This document shows positions 46,878 through 56,860 of a DNA stretch of 64,000 nt, in pieces. Made by a program: the position numbers and the translations under genes. Within the stretch, counting starts at the first letter, position 1. The number at the start of each line of letters is the position of its first letter. The stretch comes from a virus. The DNA lies in IMG/VR virus record IMGVR_UViG_3300032282_001564, positions 32,001 through 96,000 of that record; one strand, given 5' to 3'. A model generated the notes under the pieces. That model was not told the DNA's origin, ran no database searches, and was given only the letters and a program-made list of their open reading frames with translations.

Positions 46878-47842
46878 AGTTTTTAATTACAGGTGGTGCT
46901 GGCTTTATCGGGCACAACGTAGTACGTCAGCTCGAAGCACAAGGACATGATTGTTTTATTTTAGACAACATAACTAATTATGGTTTTATTGATCATGAAG
47001 AGCTTCAATACTTAACCAAAGAAAGATCTAATAGAGTACGCAGTACTACACATCATGTCGATTTACGTGAACATGATCGTGTTAGCAATTTCTTTTTAAA
47101 TTTTAGTTTTAGTGCAGATGCGGTTATCCATCTTGCCAGTTTTCCGAGACAAAAAGTAGTCAGTGCTAACCCAGTATGGGGCAGTGAAGTAATGGCAACT
47201 AGTTTGGTAAACTTATTAGAACTTACGAAAAAACATAAAATTCCAAAATTCGTTTATGTCAGTAGCAGTATGGTTTACGGAGACTTTGACAATGATGTCA
47301 AAGAAGAGTATAATTGTAAACCGCAAGGCCAATATGGCATAATGAAATTAATGGGAGAGCACCTTGTACAAGACTATACTCGTCGTAACTGTTTTGATCA
47401 CGTTATTATACGGCCCTCTGCTGTATATGGTGAATACGACGTCGAGGACCGGGTGGTATCAAAATTTATGCTCACAGCCATGCGAGGAGGCGTTCTTAAA
47501 GTTAATGGGTCAAGGGAAACGTTAGACTTTACCTACGTAGAAGATGCGGCTCGTGGTATTGTACAGGCTACACTGAGTCCTAATGCTGTAAACAAAACAT
47601 ACAACATTACCAAGAGCCATAGTTATAGTTTGTTGGATGCGGCTAAATTAGCAGTTTCCATTGTTGGTAATGGAACAATCGAAGTACGTGATAAAGATGC
47701 AGACTTTCCATCACGTGGTGCATTAAACATTGATGCGGCACGTAGAGACTTTGGGTTCAATCCTGAAGTAGATGTTGAAGAAGGATTTAAGCGGTATCAT
47801 CGTTGGTTTAAGGAATCTAAATTTTGGCAAGGTCGCTTGTAA
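46874..47842 (+). CDS. NAD-dependent NDP-sugar epimerase/dehydratase
   Basis: TGGAGFIG, HLAS, SSSMVYG, YGIMK (YxxxK), DFTYVED. Confidence 0.92.
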   Translation: MKFLITGGAGFIGHNVVRQLEAQGHDCFILDNITNYGFIDHEELQYLTKERSNRVRSTTHHVDLREHDRVSNFFLNFSFSADAVIHLASFPRQKVVSANPVWGSEVMATSLVNLLELTKKHKIPKFVYVSSSMVYGDFDNDVKEEYNCKPQGQYGIMKLMGEHLVQDYTRRNCFDHVIIRPSAVYGEYDVEDRVVSKFMLTAMRGGVLKVNGSRETLDFTYVEDAARGIVQATLSPNAVNKTYNITKSHSYSLLDAAKLAVSIVGNGTIEVRDKDADFPSRGALNIDAARRDFGFNPEVDVEEGFKRYHRWFKESKFWQGRL

Positions 47843-48939
47843 CGAAAATCCCATTCTTTGGTGTAGATCGCCAATATAAAGATCTACGCGACGAAATCAT
47901 CGACGCAGTGGACGAAGTATATCTAACAGGGCAAGTGTTAGACGGTCCTAATACTGTGGCGTTTGAACAAGAAATAGCACGTCGATGTAACCGTGAATAT
48001 GCTGTAGCAGTCAATAGCTGTACGCAAGGTTTGATCTTTGCTCAACAAGTGTGCTTGCCGGCTGAATCTAGAGTATTAATTCCTACACTAAGTTTTGCCG
48101 CAACAATCAATTCAGTACTGTATGCTAAACATACTCCGGTATTTTGTGACACTGATAACAATGCATTAATTGATTTAGAAACTATGGACATGGCATTAAC
48201 AGGTGCAGGTGTTAACTGTATCATGTATGCTAACCTGTTTGGACATTGTGTTGATTACGATCGTATGCGTGTGCAAACAGAGTTCTTTAACGAAGATATA
48301 TTTGTTATTGAAGATGCGGCACAATCATTTGGCGCCAAGTATAAAGGTATACCAAGTGGCAAGCTAGGCGATGTAAGTGTGCTAAGTTTTGATCCTACAA
48401 AAAATCTAAACAACTACGGATCCGGCGGTATGGTGCTTACTGACAGTTTTGCTATATACGAAGATCTAATGGACCTGCGTGATAACGGCAAAAAGATGCA
48501 TCACCAAGCATTTGGCACCAATAGTAAAATGAGTGAAGCTGATTGTTCAGCAATGCTGATTAAATTGTCTTATTTTGATCTATGGCAAAAGCGTCGACAA
48601 AAAATTGCTGAATACTATACTGCCGAATTATCGGAATACGTTGATGTTGCACTACCTGGTGCCGATGTTGAAAGTGCTTGGTCAAAGTTTGTTATTCGAC
48701 TAAGTGAGCGACATGCTCTTAAAGAACGTTTAGCAATGGCTGGTATTGAAACTAAGTTCCACTACGACAAACCATTGTTTGAGTTACACGTTGGGTTTGA
48801 CTATATTGATTATGCTAGAGAACTGTTTAGGGAATCGACAGCATTTAGTAGAGAGTGTTTGAGCCTGCCGATATACCCAGAGTTATCAGACAGTGAAGTA
48901 ACTCGCGTTATTGAAGTTATTGAAGACTTCCTACGTTAG
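47824..48939 (+). CDS. DegT/DnrJ/EryC1/StrS PLP-dependent sugar aminotransferase
   Basis: FEQEIA, EDAAQ, SFDPTKNL, GSGG, LSLPIYP. Confidence 0.92.
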   Translation: MARSLVTKIPFFGVDRQYKDLRDEIIDAVDEVYLTGQVLDGPNTVAFEQEIARRCNREYAVAVNSCTQGLIFAQQVCLPAESRVLIPTLSFAATINSVLYAKHTPVFCDTDNNALIDLETMDMALTGAGVNCIMYANLFGHCVDYDRMRVQTEFFNEDIFVIEDAAQSFGAKYKGIPSGKLGDVSVLSFDPTKNLNNYGSGGMVLTDSFAIYEDLMDLRDNGKKMHHQAFGTNSKMSEADCSAMLIKLSYFDLWQKRRQKIAEYYTAELSEYVDVALPGADVESAWSKFVIRLSERHALKERLAMAGIETKFHYDKPLFELHVGFDYIDYARELFRESTAFSRECLSLPIYPELSDSEVTRVIEVIEDFLR

Positions 48940-50591
48940 CTGGGATAATACTTCCAATCCCAGTATCCTTTCAACCACGCCCACTCAAAGCTCAGTTTGA
49001 GTTTATCGTAATCTCCCCCGACTTGATTATAGTATAGCACAGCATCATGGGCTCCGGCCAAACAATATTCAGCAAAATCACCTTCAGCAACTTCGCACCA
49101 AGTTGCTAATCTATGACTGGTTTCTACGGTAGGCTCTGTTGCCATAAAGTGCTTGAGTTTAACTACTTCGCGGAACGCAGTACGCCAGGTCATCCACGGT
49201 GTTTGATTAAAGTGTGCAATTCCTGACAATATAGGTACAGACTCATGTGGCTGACTTAGAGTAAAATCGATGCCAGGTGTATTGTTTTCAAGTACTAACT
49301 TTTTATTGTATGCAATAATACCTTGATGTCCGTACTCTAATCCATTTACAGGATTACGACTGTTAAAGATATAGTGTTTAGGTTCTTGGAAATAATCTGG
49401 TTGCCAATCAAACCAAGGGAACTCACTACCTAGTACTTCTAGTTTGGCAAACACCGCAAAGAACCACAGAGTGTCACTACGACGTGCGGCTTCTTGGTAA
49501 GCGGCAGTACGCCCATTTACTCCACGTACCCATTTTGCATCAGTGTTGCTCATATAGCATAAGTGCTCATACCAGCGTTCTTCATCTGGTTCGCCGTTAC
49601 TGATATAAACTATGTCTAACCCGGAAAAATCTCTATCCTTGTGGTATTCGTTTACTTGATAAACCGACGTTTCGAGGTAAGGATAATCGTAGATTTGCCG
49701 CTTAAGGTGTCGCTTTATATCGCGTGGTATCAGTGCCGTAGCGCCACTGCGACTACAACGTTCTACAACACGGTCTTTTTCAGTCCACAAGCAAGGGGAA
49801 GGAGAAAAACGCATATCCTTTTGATTAGTGAACAGCACGTAAGGTGTTTCGAATTTGTAATTTTTTACTTCGGTTACCAGATCATCGGAATCATAATAGT
49901 AGGCCGGCGTATCAAAACGATCTACATACTGATCATCACAATAGTTTATAACATTAAACCAATCTAGCAATTCTAACTCGATCATTTGCTGTTTAAATGA
50001 TTCTACGTGTATATAGAATGTGTCGCCACGCTCTTGCATACCACTAGGAAAGCAATGAATCATTTCACGTTGAAATTCATCTGGGTGCCAGGTAAAGTCA
50101 AATGTAGTATAGTCACAAACACTATTAATAATCCAAACAAATTCGGTAGTAGCTACATTCATAATACGTTTGAATGTATCTAGGTAATTATCTACGAATC
50201 TAGTTTTGTGTATGTTTGGATTAAACTCTTTAAGTACATCAAATTGGTGCCGTGCTATACTACCGTTGCCATGATCAACATAATAAATGTCAGCATGGTT
50301 CACCCGCCTGTTAATTATTTTAGGCAAATAATGTTTTGGTGCATCGGGATTGGATTTACAGCCTAGGTATACATCGCCGTTGCGTTGATGTTGACTTTCC
50401 CAGACATGAGTAAAATTGCTTTCCCATGGCGGCGGTGTATAATCAAAGTCGAACCCGCGGTAGTCATTACCCCCATAAATATACCAGTAGTGTGCTGTAC
50501 GAGATTGTCGTGCGGCATCGGCTAAGTCTATAGCTGGTTTTTCAAATTCAACAATGTTGGGTTTTGGTCCCCAATAAAAAACATCAAACAT
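48936..50591 (-). CDS. Multi-repeat glycosyltransferase-like protein (DxD lost)
   Basis: C-terminal domain homologous to 23004 (ISNGEP, RNPVNGLEYG, WRTAFREVVK); two degenerate upstream copies. Likely start MFDVFY at 50591. Confidence 0.6.
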   Translation of the reverse strand: MFDVFYWGPKPNIVEFEKPAIDLADAARQSRTAHYWYIYGGNDYRGFDFDYTPPPWESNFTHVWESQHQRNGDVYLGCKSNPDAPKHYLPKIINRRVNHADIYYVDHGNGSIARHQFDVLKEFNPNIHKTRFVDNYLDTFKRIMNVATTEFVWIINSVCDYTTFDFTWHPDEFQREMIHCFPSGMQERGDTFYIHVESFKQQMIELELLDWFNVINYCDDQYVDRFDTPAYYYDSDDLVTEVKNYKFETPYVLFTNQKDMRFSPSPCLWTEKDRVVERCSRSGATALIPRDIKRHLKRQIYDYPYLETSVYQVNEYHKDRDFSGLDIVYISNGEPDEERWYEHLCYMSNTDAKWVRGVNGRTAAYQEAARRSDTLWFFAVFAKLEVLGSEFPWFDWQPDYFQEPKHYIFNSRNPVNGLEYGHQGIIAYNKKLVLENNTPGIDFTLSQPHESVPILSGIAHFNQTPWMTWRTAFREVVKLKHFMATEPTVETSHRLATWCEVAEGDFAEYCLAGAHDAVLYYNQVGGDYDKLKLSFEWAWLKGYWDWKYYPS

Positions 50592-51744
50592 GTATAATAT
50601 CGCCAATCATTACGAAAACATATACCAACACCTACGCACTATTATAGCAGATCCTCGCCTGGCATATCTACATCCTTTTGGATCAACTCAACCAGAAAAC
50701 ATAGAATTGTTTATCAATAAAAATGATACTAGACTACGTAAAGATCCTATATTCATTTTTTACGATCAAGAACCATTGGACTTAGAATATAACCGAGCGG
50801 TCTTTGACAGTATAATACAACGTACAGCGGCTCCGTATATATTAGTTAGCACTGAAAAAACCAGCGAAGAAAAGAACCGCATACTAGAAGCATATCCATT
50901 TGCCGATGTTAATTATTTCTTTCACGTCTTTGCCGCTGCCGATTGGTTTCGCGGACACAAGTATTTGCCGGGATTGCGTTTGCCCAGTGATAGGACTTTA
51001 AACAAAACATATATTACATTTAATCGACTAACTAGCAATAAACGTGTTTACCGCAGTTTATTAATCAGTGAGCTTTACAAAAATGATTTATTAAAAGCCG
51101 GGCACGTTAGTTTTAGCAAGGATTGTCCCGATGGCGGAAACTTTGCCGACAATTTAAAATCTAGCGGGTTAGATAATGTACTAGTTGAAGAAGCTATAGC
51201 AAACATTGGCAATCTACCTGAGCTACGTATAGACTACTTAGATCAACACATACCAAATCAAAGTATGTTATTAACACCTATGCACGAGTTAATGGAAAGT
51301 TTTGTATTCCTAGTAACAGAGACTTGTTACTTTGAAAGTAAAACACATTTGACTGAAAAAATATTTAAACCTATTGCACTACGCATGCCATTCTTGCTGT
51401 TAGGTTGTGCTAACAATTTAGAATACTTACGCAGTTATGGATTTAAAACGTTCAGTGATTTTTGGGATGAAAGTTACGACACTATAGAAGATCCGGTACT
51501 ACGTCTACGGGCAGTTGTTGATATTGTAAAAGATTTATCAAATATGAGTCCTGCACAACAACAAGCAATGTTACGAGATATGATACCTATACTAGAACAC
51601 AACTATCAACGTTTTGCCGATGGCAGTTTAGTACGAGATGAATGGAATTCATTGACCAGCAGTCTTAACAACATTGCCAAACTTTACGAGTTTAAACCAC
51701 CCTATCGTCCTAACACAAGATTAGGGCAAGCGATTCCATGCTAA
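50590..51744 (+). CDS. Glycosyltransferase-like protein (GT10-like C-terminal motif)
   Basis: FYDQEP, FNRL...YR, LVTET...LTEKIFKPI...PF...GFKTFSDFWDESYD. Confidence 0.55.
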   Translation: MYNIANHYENIYQHLRTIIADPRLAYLHPFGSTQPENIELFINKNDTRLRKDPIFIFYDQEPLDLEYNRAVFDSIIQRTAAPYILVSTEKTSEEKNRILEAYPFADVNYFFHVFAAADWFRGHKYLPGLRLPSDRTLNKTYITFNRLTSNKRVYRSLLISELYKNDLLKAGHVSFSKDCPDGGNFADNLKSSGLDNVLVEEAIANIGNLPELRIDYLDQHIPNQSMLLTPMHELMESFVFLVTETCYFESKTHLTEKIFKPIALRMPFLLLGCANNLEYLRSYGFKTFSDFWDESYDTIEDPVLRLRAVVDIVKDLSNMSPAQQQAMLRDMIPILEHNYQRFADGSLVRDEWNSLTSSLNNIAKLYEFKPPYRPNTRLGQAIPC

Positions 51745-51897
51745 CTCGTGTATGTAATACAGTATAGTATTTGCTATTATTTGAGCAATGGCAATGCTTG
51801 TGGCGACAAACATTTGCCCTGTGACTATATAACTAATTAGGAATGTACTAGTTGACCCAACTACTCGCCAGGTTAATGTTTTCCATACTGTTCTCAT
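51721..51897 (-). CDS. DUF2061-like small membrane protein, not in the ORF track
   Basis: MRTVWKTLTWRVVGSTSTFLISYIVTG...ILYYIHELAWNRLP (58 aa), coupled to the APS-kinase-like gene. Confidence 0.7.
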   Translation of the reverse strand: MRTVWKTLTWRVVGSTSTFLISYIVTGQMFVATSIAIAQIIANTILYYIHELAWNRLP

Positions 51898-52685
51898 TTT
51901 AAGCCAAGTTCTCGACGTATATTAGTAGCACTAATAGCACCAATTTCCTCGTCTGGTACTTCTTCTGCGTGTGTATATCCAACTCCGCGACCCCAACCAA
52001 TGTGTACAATATTAGGTACTACCTGGATATCATATTGTCCTTGATATAGTGGATCTAGGTCACGCTTGATAAAGCTCTTGACCTTTTCGACTTCAAAAGG
52101 ATTACTACCTTGCCAGCCCTGTACATCGCGTATCTGTATAATAACTTGTCCTGTACGTGCCAACAGGCGTTCAAACAACCAACGATGTCCATCGTGCCAA
52201 GGTTGCCAACGACCTAACATCTGTACAGTTTCTTTACGCCAATCAAACACAGGACGTCTACGATTATCAACAATATGGTCGGCAACAAAGTCTGCCCACT
52301 TAGTGGCATTCTGTTCATTAATACGGAAATCATAAATTTCTGGCTCAACAAACATTCGGTTTGTGTCGGCATATCGACCTTCCCGGATAGTGTCCATCCA
52401 GACTGTCCAGTCTGCTTTGAAATTATTACGCATTTCAACTAAAGGTGCAACAAAGTCGCATAATGCATAGTCGGTATTACAAGTAGCAGACAAATCGTAC
52501 ATACGCTTACTTTGACGAATACGACCTGCTTCGCTAAAATCCCAATCATCAAATTGTTTGCGTACTTCGTCAGCATTAAACCATGTTACGGTTTTGCCAC
52601 AGTCTTCTAATAGCTTTTTTAGTTCTGTTGCTAGTGTTGTTTTACCAGAGCCAGGAAGGCCCATAATTAAAATACGTTGTGTCAT
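51894..52685 (-). CDS. Adenylylsulfate-kinase-like P-loop kinase fused to a cytidylyltransferase-like domain
   Basis: GLPGSGKTT, NADEVR, DFSEAGR; GRWQPWHDGH (HxGH); ISATNIR. Confidence 0.8.
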   Translation of the reverse strand: MTQRILIMGLPGSGKTTLATELKKLLEDCGKTVTWFNADEVRKQFDDWDFSEAGRIRQSKRMYDLSATCNTDYALCDFVAPLVEMRNNFKADWTVWMDTIREGRYADTNRMFVEPEIYDFRINEQNATKWADFVADHIVDNRRRPVFDWRKETVQMLGRWQPWHDGHRWLFERLLARTGQVIIQIRDVQGWQGSNPFEVEKVKSFIKRDLDPLYQGQYDIQVVPNIVHIGWGRGVGYTHAEEVPDEEIGAISATNIRRELGLK

Positions 52686-54157
52686 GAGTGTACCTTTACG
52701 TTATAGAGTTTTTCAAAGCGATCTGCATCTGCACGGTCATTGACCATTGGCTCGCCTTTAATGTTAAGACTTGTGTTTAGTAGCATTGGACAACCTGTTA
52801 CAACGTACCATTTTTCTAGTAGTTCCCGGATCCCCGACCCGTCTCTGGAGACAGTTTGCACCCGACTAGTATTATCGTGATGAGTGATAGCAGGGAATAA
52901 AACCGGATGTTTACATACTCCCACGGACTGCATGTAAGGACTATCCACAAAACCACGTGGCATATCAAAATAATCGTGAACGTGCTCGGCCAGTATGACC
53001 GGGGCGAATGGTCTAAATTTTTGTCTTCGTTTGATTTCATTTACTCGATCCTTTATATCTTGTCCTCGGGGGTCGGCGAGGAGACTTCTATTCCCAAGTG
53101 CCCTTGGCCCAAACTCTGCTTTACCGGAAGCAACTCCAACGATTTTATCGCGGAGTAAACTATCGAGGACGGCATTAACAGGGTATGGACCGCTAATCTC
53201 TCTACCGAGAAATGCATCTTTAAATTGGATCTTACCACCGTAGGCAAGAGCTCCAGCGCCAAGGCTAGAACCAGCATCGCCAGGATTAGGCATAATCCAA
53301 ATTTTTTCAAAATATTCACCAAGGTTTCTATTAGCTAAACAATTTAGGGCAACACCGCCCATGTACACCAAATTTGTGCTCCAGCCAAAGTCCTTTGCCC
53401 GACGCATTACATTATATATCAAATTTTCTGCCAATGACTGTGCTGAACTGGCAATATGCATGTCTTCGAAGCTTTCTGTGTAATCCCTAGCAATGCCAGT
53501 GTGCATATTCTCATTAAATCTTATGTCGTATTCGTTTTCTACTAAATCCATCTTCATTACTGAGCTTATGTTTTTGCTACCATAAGCGGCCATGCCCATT
53601 AGTATGTATTCTTCTTCATTGGGTTTTAAGCCAACTTGTTGTGTCATAGCACTATAAAAGAGTCCTATGCTGTGTGGATAGCGTTGTCCCCATAAACGAT
53701 GATATTGGGCTCGTCCATCTACGTAGTGAGCACCCCATATACTAATTGTGTCCCATTCCCCAATAGCATCAATTACAACTACTGTGGCCTTGTTAAATGT
53801 GCTTGTTTGAAATCCCGCGGCCGCATGGCTTAGGTGATGATTGTGACTACTATATTCAGGGAATTTTATACCGCCAAGTTGTTTGTTTAATACTTGCTTT
53901 AAGGTGATCTTATCCCACTCAACACCTTCACTGCTGTATAGTCTGCGTAATTGTTTTGCCCAAGGACGCTCATAATAAGCAACGTGTACAATAGGACTGT
54001 GTTCCATAACATCGTCAATTAGCCCCGATGCAAGATTGGCATCGTTTTTAATTTTGCTGTAACGCTCTGAGTGCCCGGCAAACAGTATCTCGCCGTATTC
54101 GTTAATTACAGTTGCGGAGGCATCATGAAACCCAGCCGAGATTCCTAATATGTTCAT
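52682..54157 (-). CDS. Carbamoyltransferase (NodU/CmcH family)
   Basis: FHDAS, ERYS..K, HHLSHAA, GGVALNC, EFGPRALGNRS, RPFAP, LLNTSLN. Confidence 0.93.
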   Translation of the reverse strand: MNILGISAGFHDASATVINEYGEILFAGHSERYSKIKNDANLASGLIDDVMEHSPIVHVAYYERPWAKQLRRLYSSEGVEWDKITLKQVLNKQLGGIKFPEYSSHNHHLSHAAAGFQTSTFNKATVVVIDAIGEWDTISIWGAHYVDGRAQYHRLWGQRYPHSIGLFYSAMTQQVGLKPNEEEYILMGMAAYGSKNISSVMKMDLVENEYDIRFNENMHTGIARDYTESFEDMHIASSAQSLAENLIYNVMRRAKDFGWSTNLVYMGGVALNCLANRNLGEYFEKIWIMPNPGDAGSSLGAGALAYGGKIQFKDAFLGREISGPYPVNAVLDSLLRDKIVGVASGKAEFGPRALGNRSLLADPRGQDIKDRVNEIKRRQKFRPFAPVILAEHVHDYFDMPRGFVDSPYMQSVGVCKHPVLFPAITHHDNTSRVQTVSRDGSGIRELLEKWYVVTGCPMLLNTSLNIKGEPMVNDRADADRFEKLYNVKVHS

Positions 54158-54782
54158 TGATCTTTTCTGCTATTCTTTTGTGTCCTAACTCTAGTGGATG
54201 TCCACCCGGGCCTTTAGGACAATCGCCCTGCCAATCTATCATTCCCCATCTAGGCCATTCAACATAGTATCTAGGATCTACTTGCATAATTAAATTTACT
54301 AGTTTTAAAGAAAATTCATTATACAATTCTTCTCTTAGGTCCGACCACATGCCAAACGTGCTACAAAATAAGTAAGGTTTTTCAATTTGTTTTAGATAGC
54401 TTTGCAACATAATGATTTGTCTAAACCAACGTTGGTAACTATAAAGTCTATCATAATGTAATTTATAATATTCTTCTACCCAGCCAATTTTTCTTTTGCG
54501 AGCAGTATTAACATTAACATCCAATAATTCATTTTGATAAGGAACTTCAAAGCGGTCTGGCTGAGTCCATGCAACTACAATTAGATCGTAGTTGTTAACT
54601 TCTTCAAAAACAATACGGATATTACGGTCGTTACTTCCGCCACCTTTGCCTTGGTTTGTAACATTCCAGTTATTAGCATCGGCTAATAACACTGGCCAGG
54701 CTTGTGTTGCAGGATCTGATAACTCTTCACCTGCGGTAAAACTACATCCTACTGTTAGTACATTTGGTTTAACTAATGTCAT
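54123..54782 (-). CDS. SGNH/GDSL-like hydrolase
   Basis: GCSFTAG, GGSN, AWT..DR, HPLELGH. Confidence 0.65.
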   Translation of the reverse strand: MTLVKPNVLTVGCSFTAGEELSDPATQAWPVLLADANNWNVTNQGKGGGSNDRNIRIVFEEVNNYDLIVVAWTQPDRFEVPYQNELLDVNVNTARKRKIGWVEEYYKLHYDRLYSYQRWFRQIIMLQSYLKQIEKPYLFCSTFGMWSDLREELYNEFSLKLVNLIMQVDPRYYVEWPRWGMIDWQGDCPKGPGGHPLELGHKRIAEKINEHIRNLGWVS

Positions 54783-55158
54783 TTATATTTTCTAAATTAT
54801 CTAAGTAGGCTTTTAAATTGTTTCCGTGCAGGGTCAGCATCAATGCTTCCTCTTCTTCAAATACAATTATTTTTTGTCTCTTTAGTAGATAGTACGGACC
54901 CTTAAGGTAACGCTCTAACTGTAGTAAGTTGTGATTTGTTAATTCGTCTGGCAATGAAAATTCATAGCTTTGCATTTTCAATATAGCTTTGACAAATTGT
55001 AAACCTTGTAGACTTAATCTGAGACTGTCAACGTCTGTGGGATTCTGCCACCAGCGTATTTGCATATTCCCAGCTTCAGCAACAGGAATATCACCAGCCT
55101 TGATAAAAATTTGTGTAAGCTGGCGTTGGGTGTAACGCTTAGGGGTAGATTTTTTCAC
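54769..55158 (-). CDS. Hypothetical protein
   Basis: WWQNP...SLRLS..G; PYY. Confidence 0.65.
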   Translation of the reverse strand: MKKSTPKRYTQRQLTQIFIKAGDIPVAEAGNMQIRWWQNPTDVDSLRLSLQGLQFVKAILKMQSYEFSLPDELTNHNLLQLERYLKGPYYLLKRQKIIVFEEEEALMLTLHGNNLKAYLDNLENINDIS

Positions 55159-55426
55159 CGGCTTTTAACAGCACAACGGTGAACTTATCTGTCTTGAATA
55201 GTACGTTAAGTTTCTTGGCTAGGTTAATAGCATGACCAGGATTACTGAAACTTACCTTTTTGTACTTAGGTCCAGGGTATGAAACAAGTATGTTGTGAGT
55301 TTTTAAATTAATAGGTTGATTGTCGTAAAAGACCGCCCAGATTCCTTCGGAGCTCAATACCTGTTCGCTCTTGTAGTTTGTTTTATTAACGTGGTCCAAC
55401 AACACAGTTGGTTTTGGTCTTGACAT
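55139..55426 (-). CDS. Hypothetical protein
   Basis: AAGGA SD; TAAATA upstream at 55451-55456. Confidence 0.7.
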   Translation of the reverse strand: MSRPKPTVLLDHVNKTNYKSEQVLSSEGIWAVFYDNQPINLKTHNILVSYPGPKYKKVSFSNPGHAINLAKKLNVLFKTDKFTVVLLKAGEKIYP

Positions 55427-55475
55427 TTCAAATATCCTTGATATACAATTTATTTATCACAGTAATATACGTAGT

Positions 55476-55694
55476 TTATTTAAAAGTGCCACCATTTAAT
55501 GATACCGTTATATTATTGTCAGCATTGCCGGTATTTTTTGCTAGGTTACTAATAGTGGCCATTAAATCAAAAATTTCAGCGTGTAAACTACGAGCTTCTT
55601 GCGTATTTAAGGTAATAACTTTACCATTGGTTTGATTCATGGTCCTTACCTTGTCATTAAACTGTTTAATGTGAAAAGGTAAGTTATTGTCCAT
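55476..55694 (-). CDS. Hypothetical protein
   Basis: Overlaps the end of the upstream ORF. Confidence 0.6.
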   Translation of the reverse strand: MDNNLPFHIKQFNDKVRTMNQTNGKVITLNTQEARSLHAEIFDLMATISNLAKNTGNADNNITVSLNGGTFK

Positions 55695-56160
55695 TGGCTT
55701 CTTTCATTGATTCAATCATACGTTCTTGTGTTTTAAACGGACCTTGATATTCATAACGATTTAGTGTAATAAGTTTTGGACAATATGCACGAACCCAGGT
55801 GCTACTAAATTTGATGATATAATAACCGGCACAAAAGAAACTCTTAGACTTTGCACCTTTTGTATAGATAGGCAAATAGCGTTGAACATCAAGTACTTGA
55901 TTGTGTGGGAAAGTATTAGTAGGATATCCGTATACATCATAAACATCAAGTTTGACTTTTTTAGTTTTCTCTGGTTTAGCAAATTCAATATTGTATTTCT
56001 TGCTTAGTAATTTAATACTAGGAAAAATTTCTCTTTGATTGTCATGAATATATACAACTCCGCCTTCGTCGATAGTCATGATATTACCGACCTTGGATCC
56101 TTCGGACTCAACAATCCAAATTTTATTTTTTACAACTGGTTTTGCAATTAGTTCGGTCAT
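55684..56160 (-). CDS. Hypothetical protein
   Basis: Likely start MTELIAKP (ATGA-coupled); KSKSFFCAGYY...CPKLITL. Confidence 0.65.
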   Translation of the reverse strand: MTELIAKPVVKNKIWIVESEGSKVGNIMTIDEGGVVYIHDNQREIFPSIKLLSKKYNIEFAKPEKTKKVKLDVYDVYGYPTNTFPHNQVLDVQRYLPIYTKGAKSKSFFCAGYYIIKFSSTWVRAYCPKLITLNRYEYQGPFKTQERMIESMKEANGQ

Positions 56161-56519
56161 AATACAATTAATCCTATAATTAGTAAGTATGTCAAGTAGT
56201 GTAGGCATTGGTCTGCACCAAACCACACCCAGAACATACGATCCGCAGTAGTTAGTCCGCGGCTGAGCTGATGTTTAAGCCAGTCAATATGATAATGTAA
56301 AACACCATCAATAAGACCGAGTATCATAATATCTAAGAATGTTGCACATACAAACGCAGTAACAATCATAGTACCAACAGCATGATACAACGCATGATGG
56401 ATACCACCGGGCATTCCATACACACCCTTTTGTTCAATCATGTAAGGGTATTGCCAAACAAAGTCGCAAAGAAAATGTTTTATTCCAAACAACGTTAATA
56501 GTGTTAGTATGGTAATCAT
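56157..56519 (-). CDS. DUF3307-like membrane protein
   Basis: KHFLCDFVWQ, HALYH, HYHIDW.K, GADQCLH. Confidence 0.8.
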   Translation of the reverse strand: MITILTLLTLFGIKHFLCDFVWQYPYMIEQKGVYGMPGGIHHALYHAVGTMIVTAFVCATFLDIMILGLIDGVLHYHIDWLKHQLSRGLTTADRMFWVWFGADQCLHYLTYLLIIGLIVL

Positions 56520-56692
56520 TTATTGATTCTTTCCATTCTTGCTCTGCGGCATGCTTCTTTAACTTCAATTGGGTAGTCAGGACTGATTTCAGAAATGCTA
56601 CAGTCATAGCGACGTACTTTGCTATCGTTGTCTAAAACACCGGATAACAAAATAACTATAATAGCTATAGCAGTTGGTATTAAAAATCTCAT
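56516..56692 (-). CDS. Small membrane-anchored protein, not in the ORF track
   Basis: MRFLIPTAIAIIVILLSG...YDCSISEISPDYPIEVKEACR (58 aa); ATGA-coupled on both sides. Confidence 0.6.
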   Translation of the reverse strand: MRFLIPTAIAIIVILLSGVLDNDSKVRRYDCSISEISPDYPIEVKEACRRARMERINK

Positions 56693-56859
56693 TTGTTTCT
56701 TAAAAAATAGTTAAATGCGGCAATAGCCCAGTACATTAACGCACCAACCCAATCGCCTTTTCCAAAATCGGCTAAGCCGGCCATAACCAAGAACCCAATT
56801 AGGAACCAAGTAATTTCAAAATAATTATATCTGTACCATGCAACAAATTTATCTAACAT
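56689..56859 (-). CDS. Small two-TM membrane protein
   Basis: AAGGA SD; start MLDKFV. Confidence 0.6.
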   Translation of the reverse strand: MLDKFVAWYRYNYFEITWFLIGFLVMAGLADFGKGDWVGALMYWAIAAFNYFLRNK

Positions 56860-56860
56860 T

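Noticed and set aside
56167-56195. Sigma70 promoter on the minus strand (TTGACA at 56190-56195)
   Set aside because: No convincing -10 hexamer at 16-18 nt spacing.
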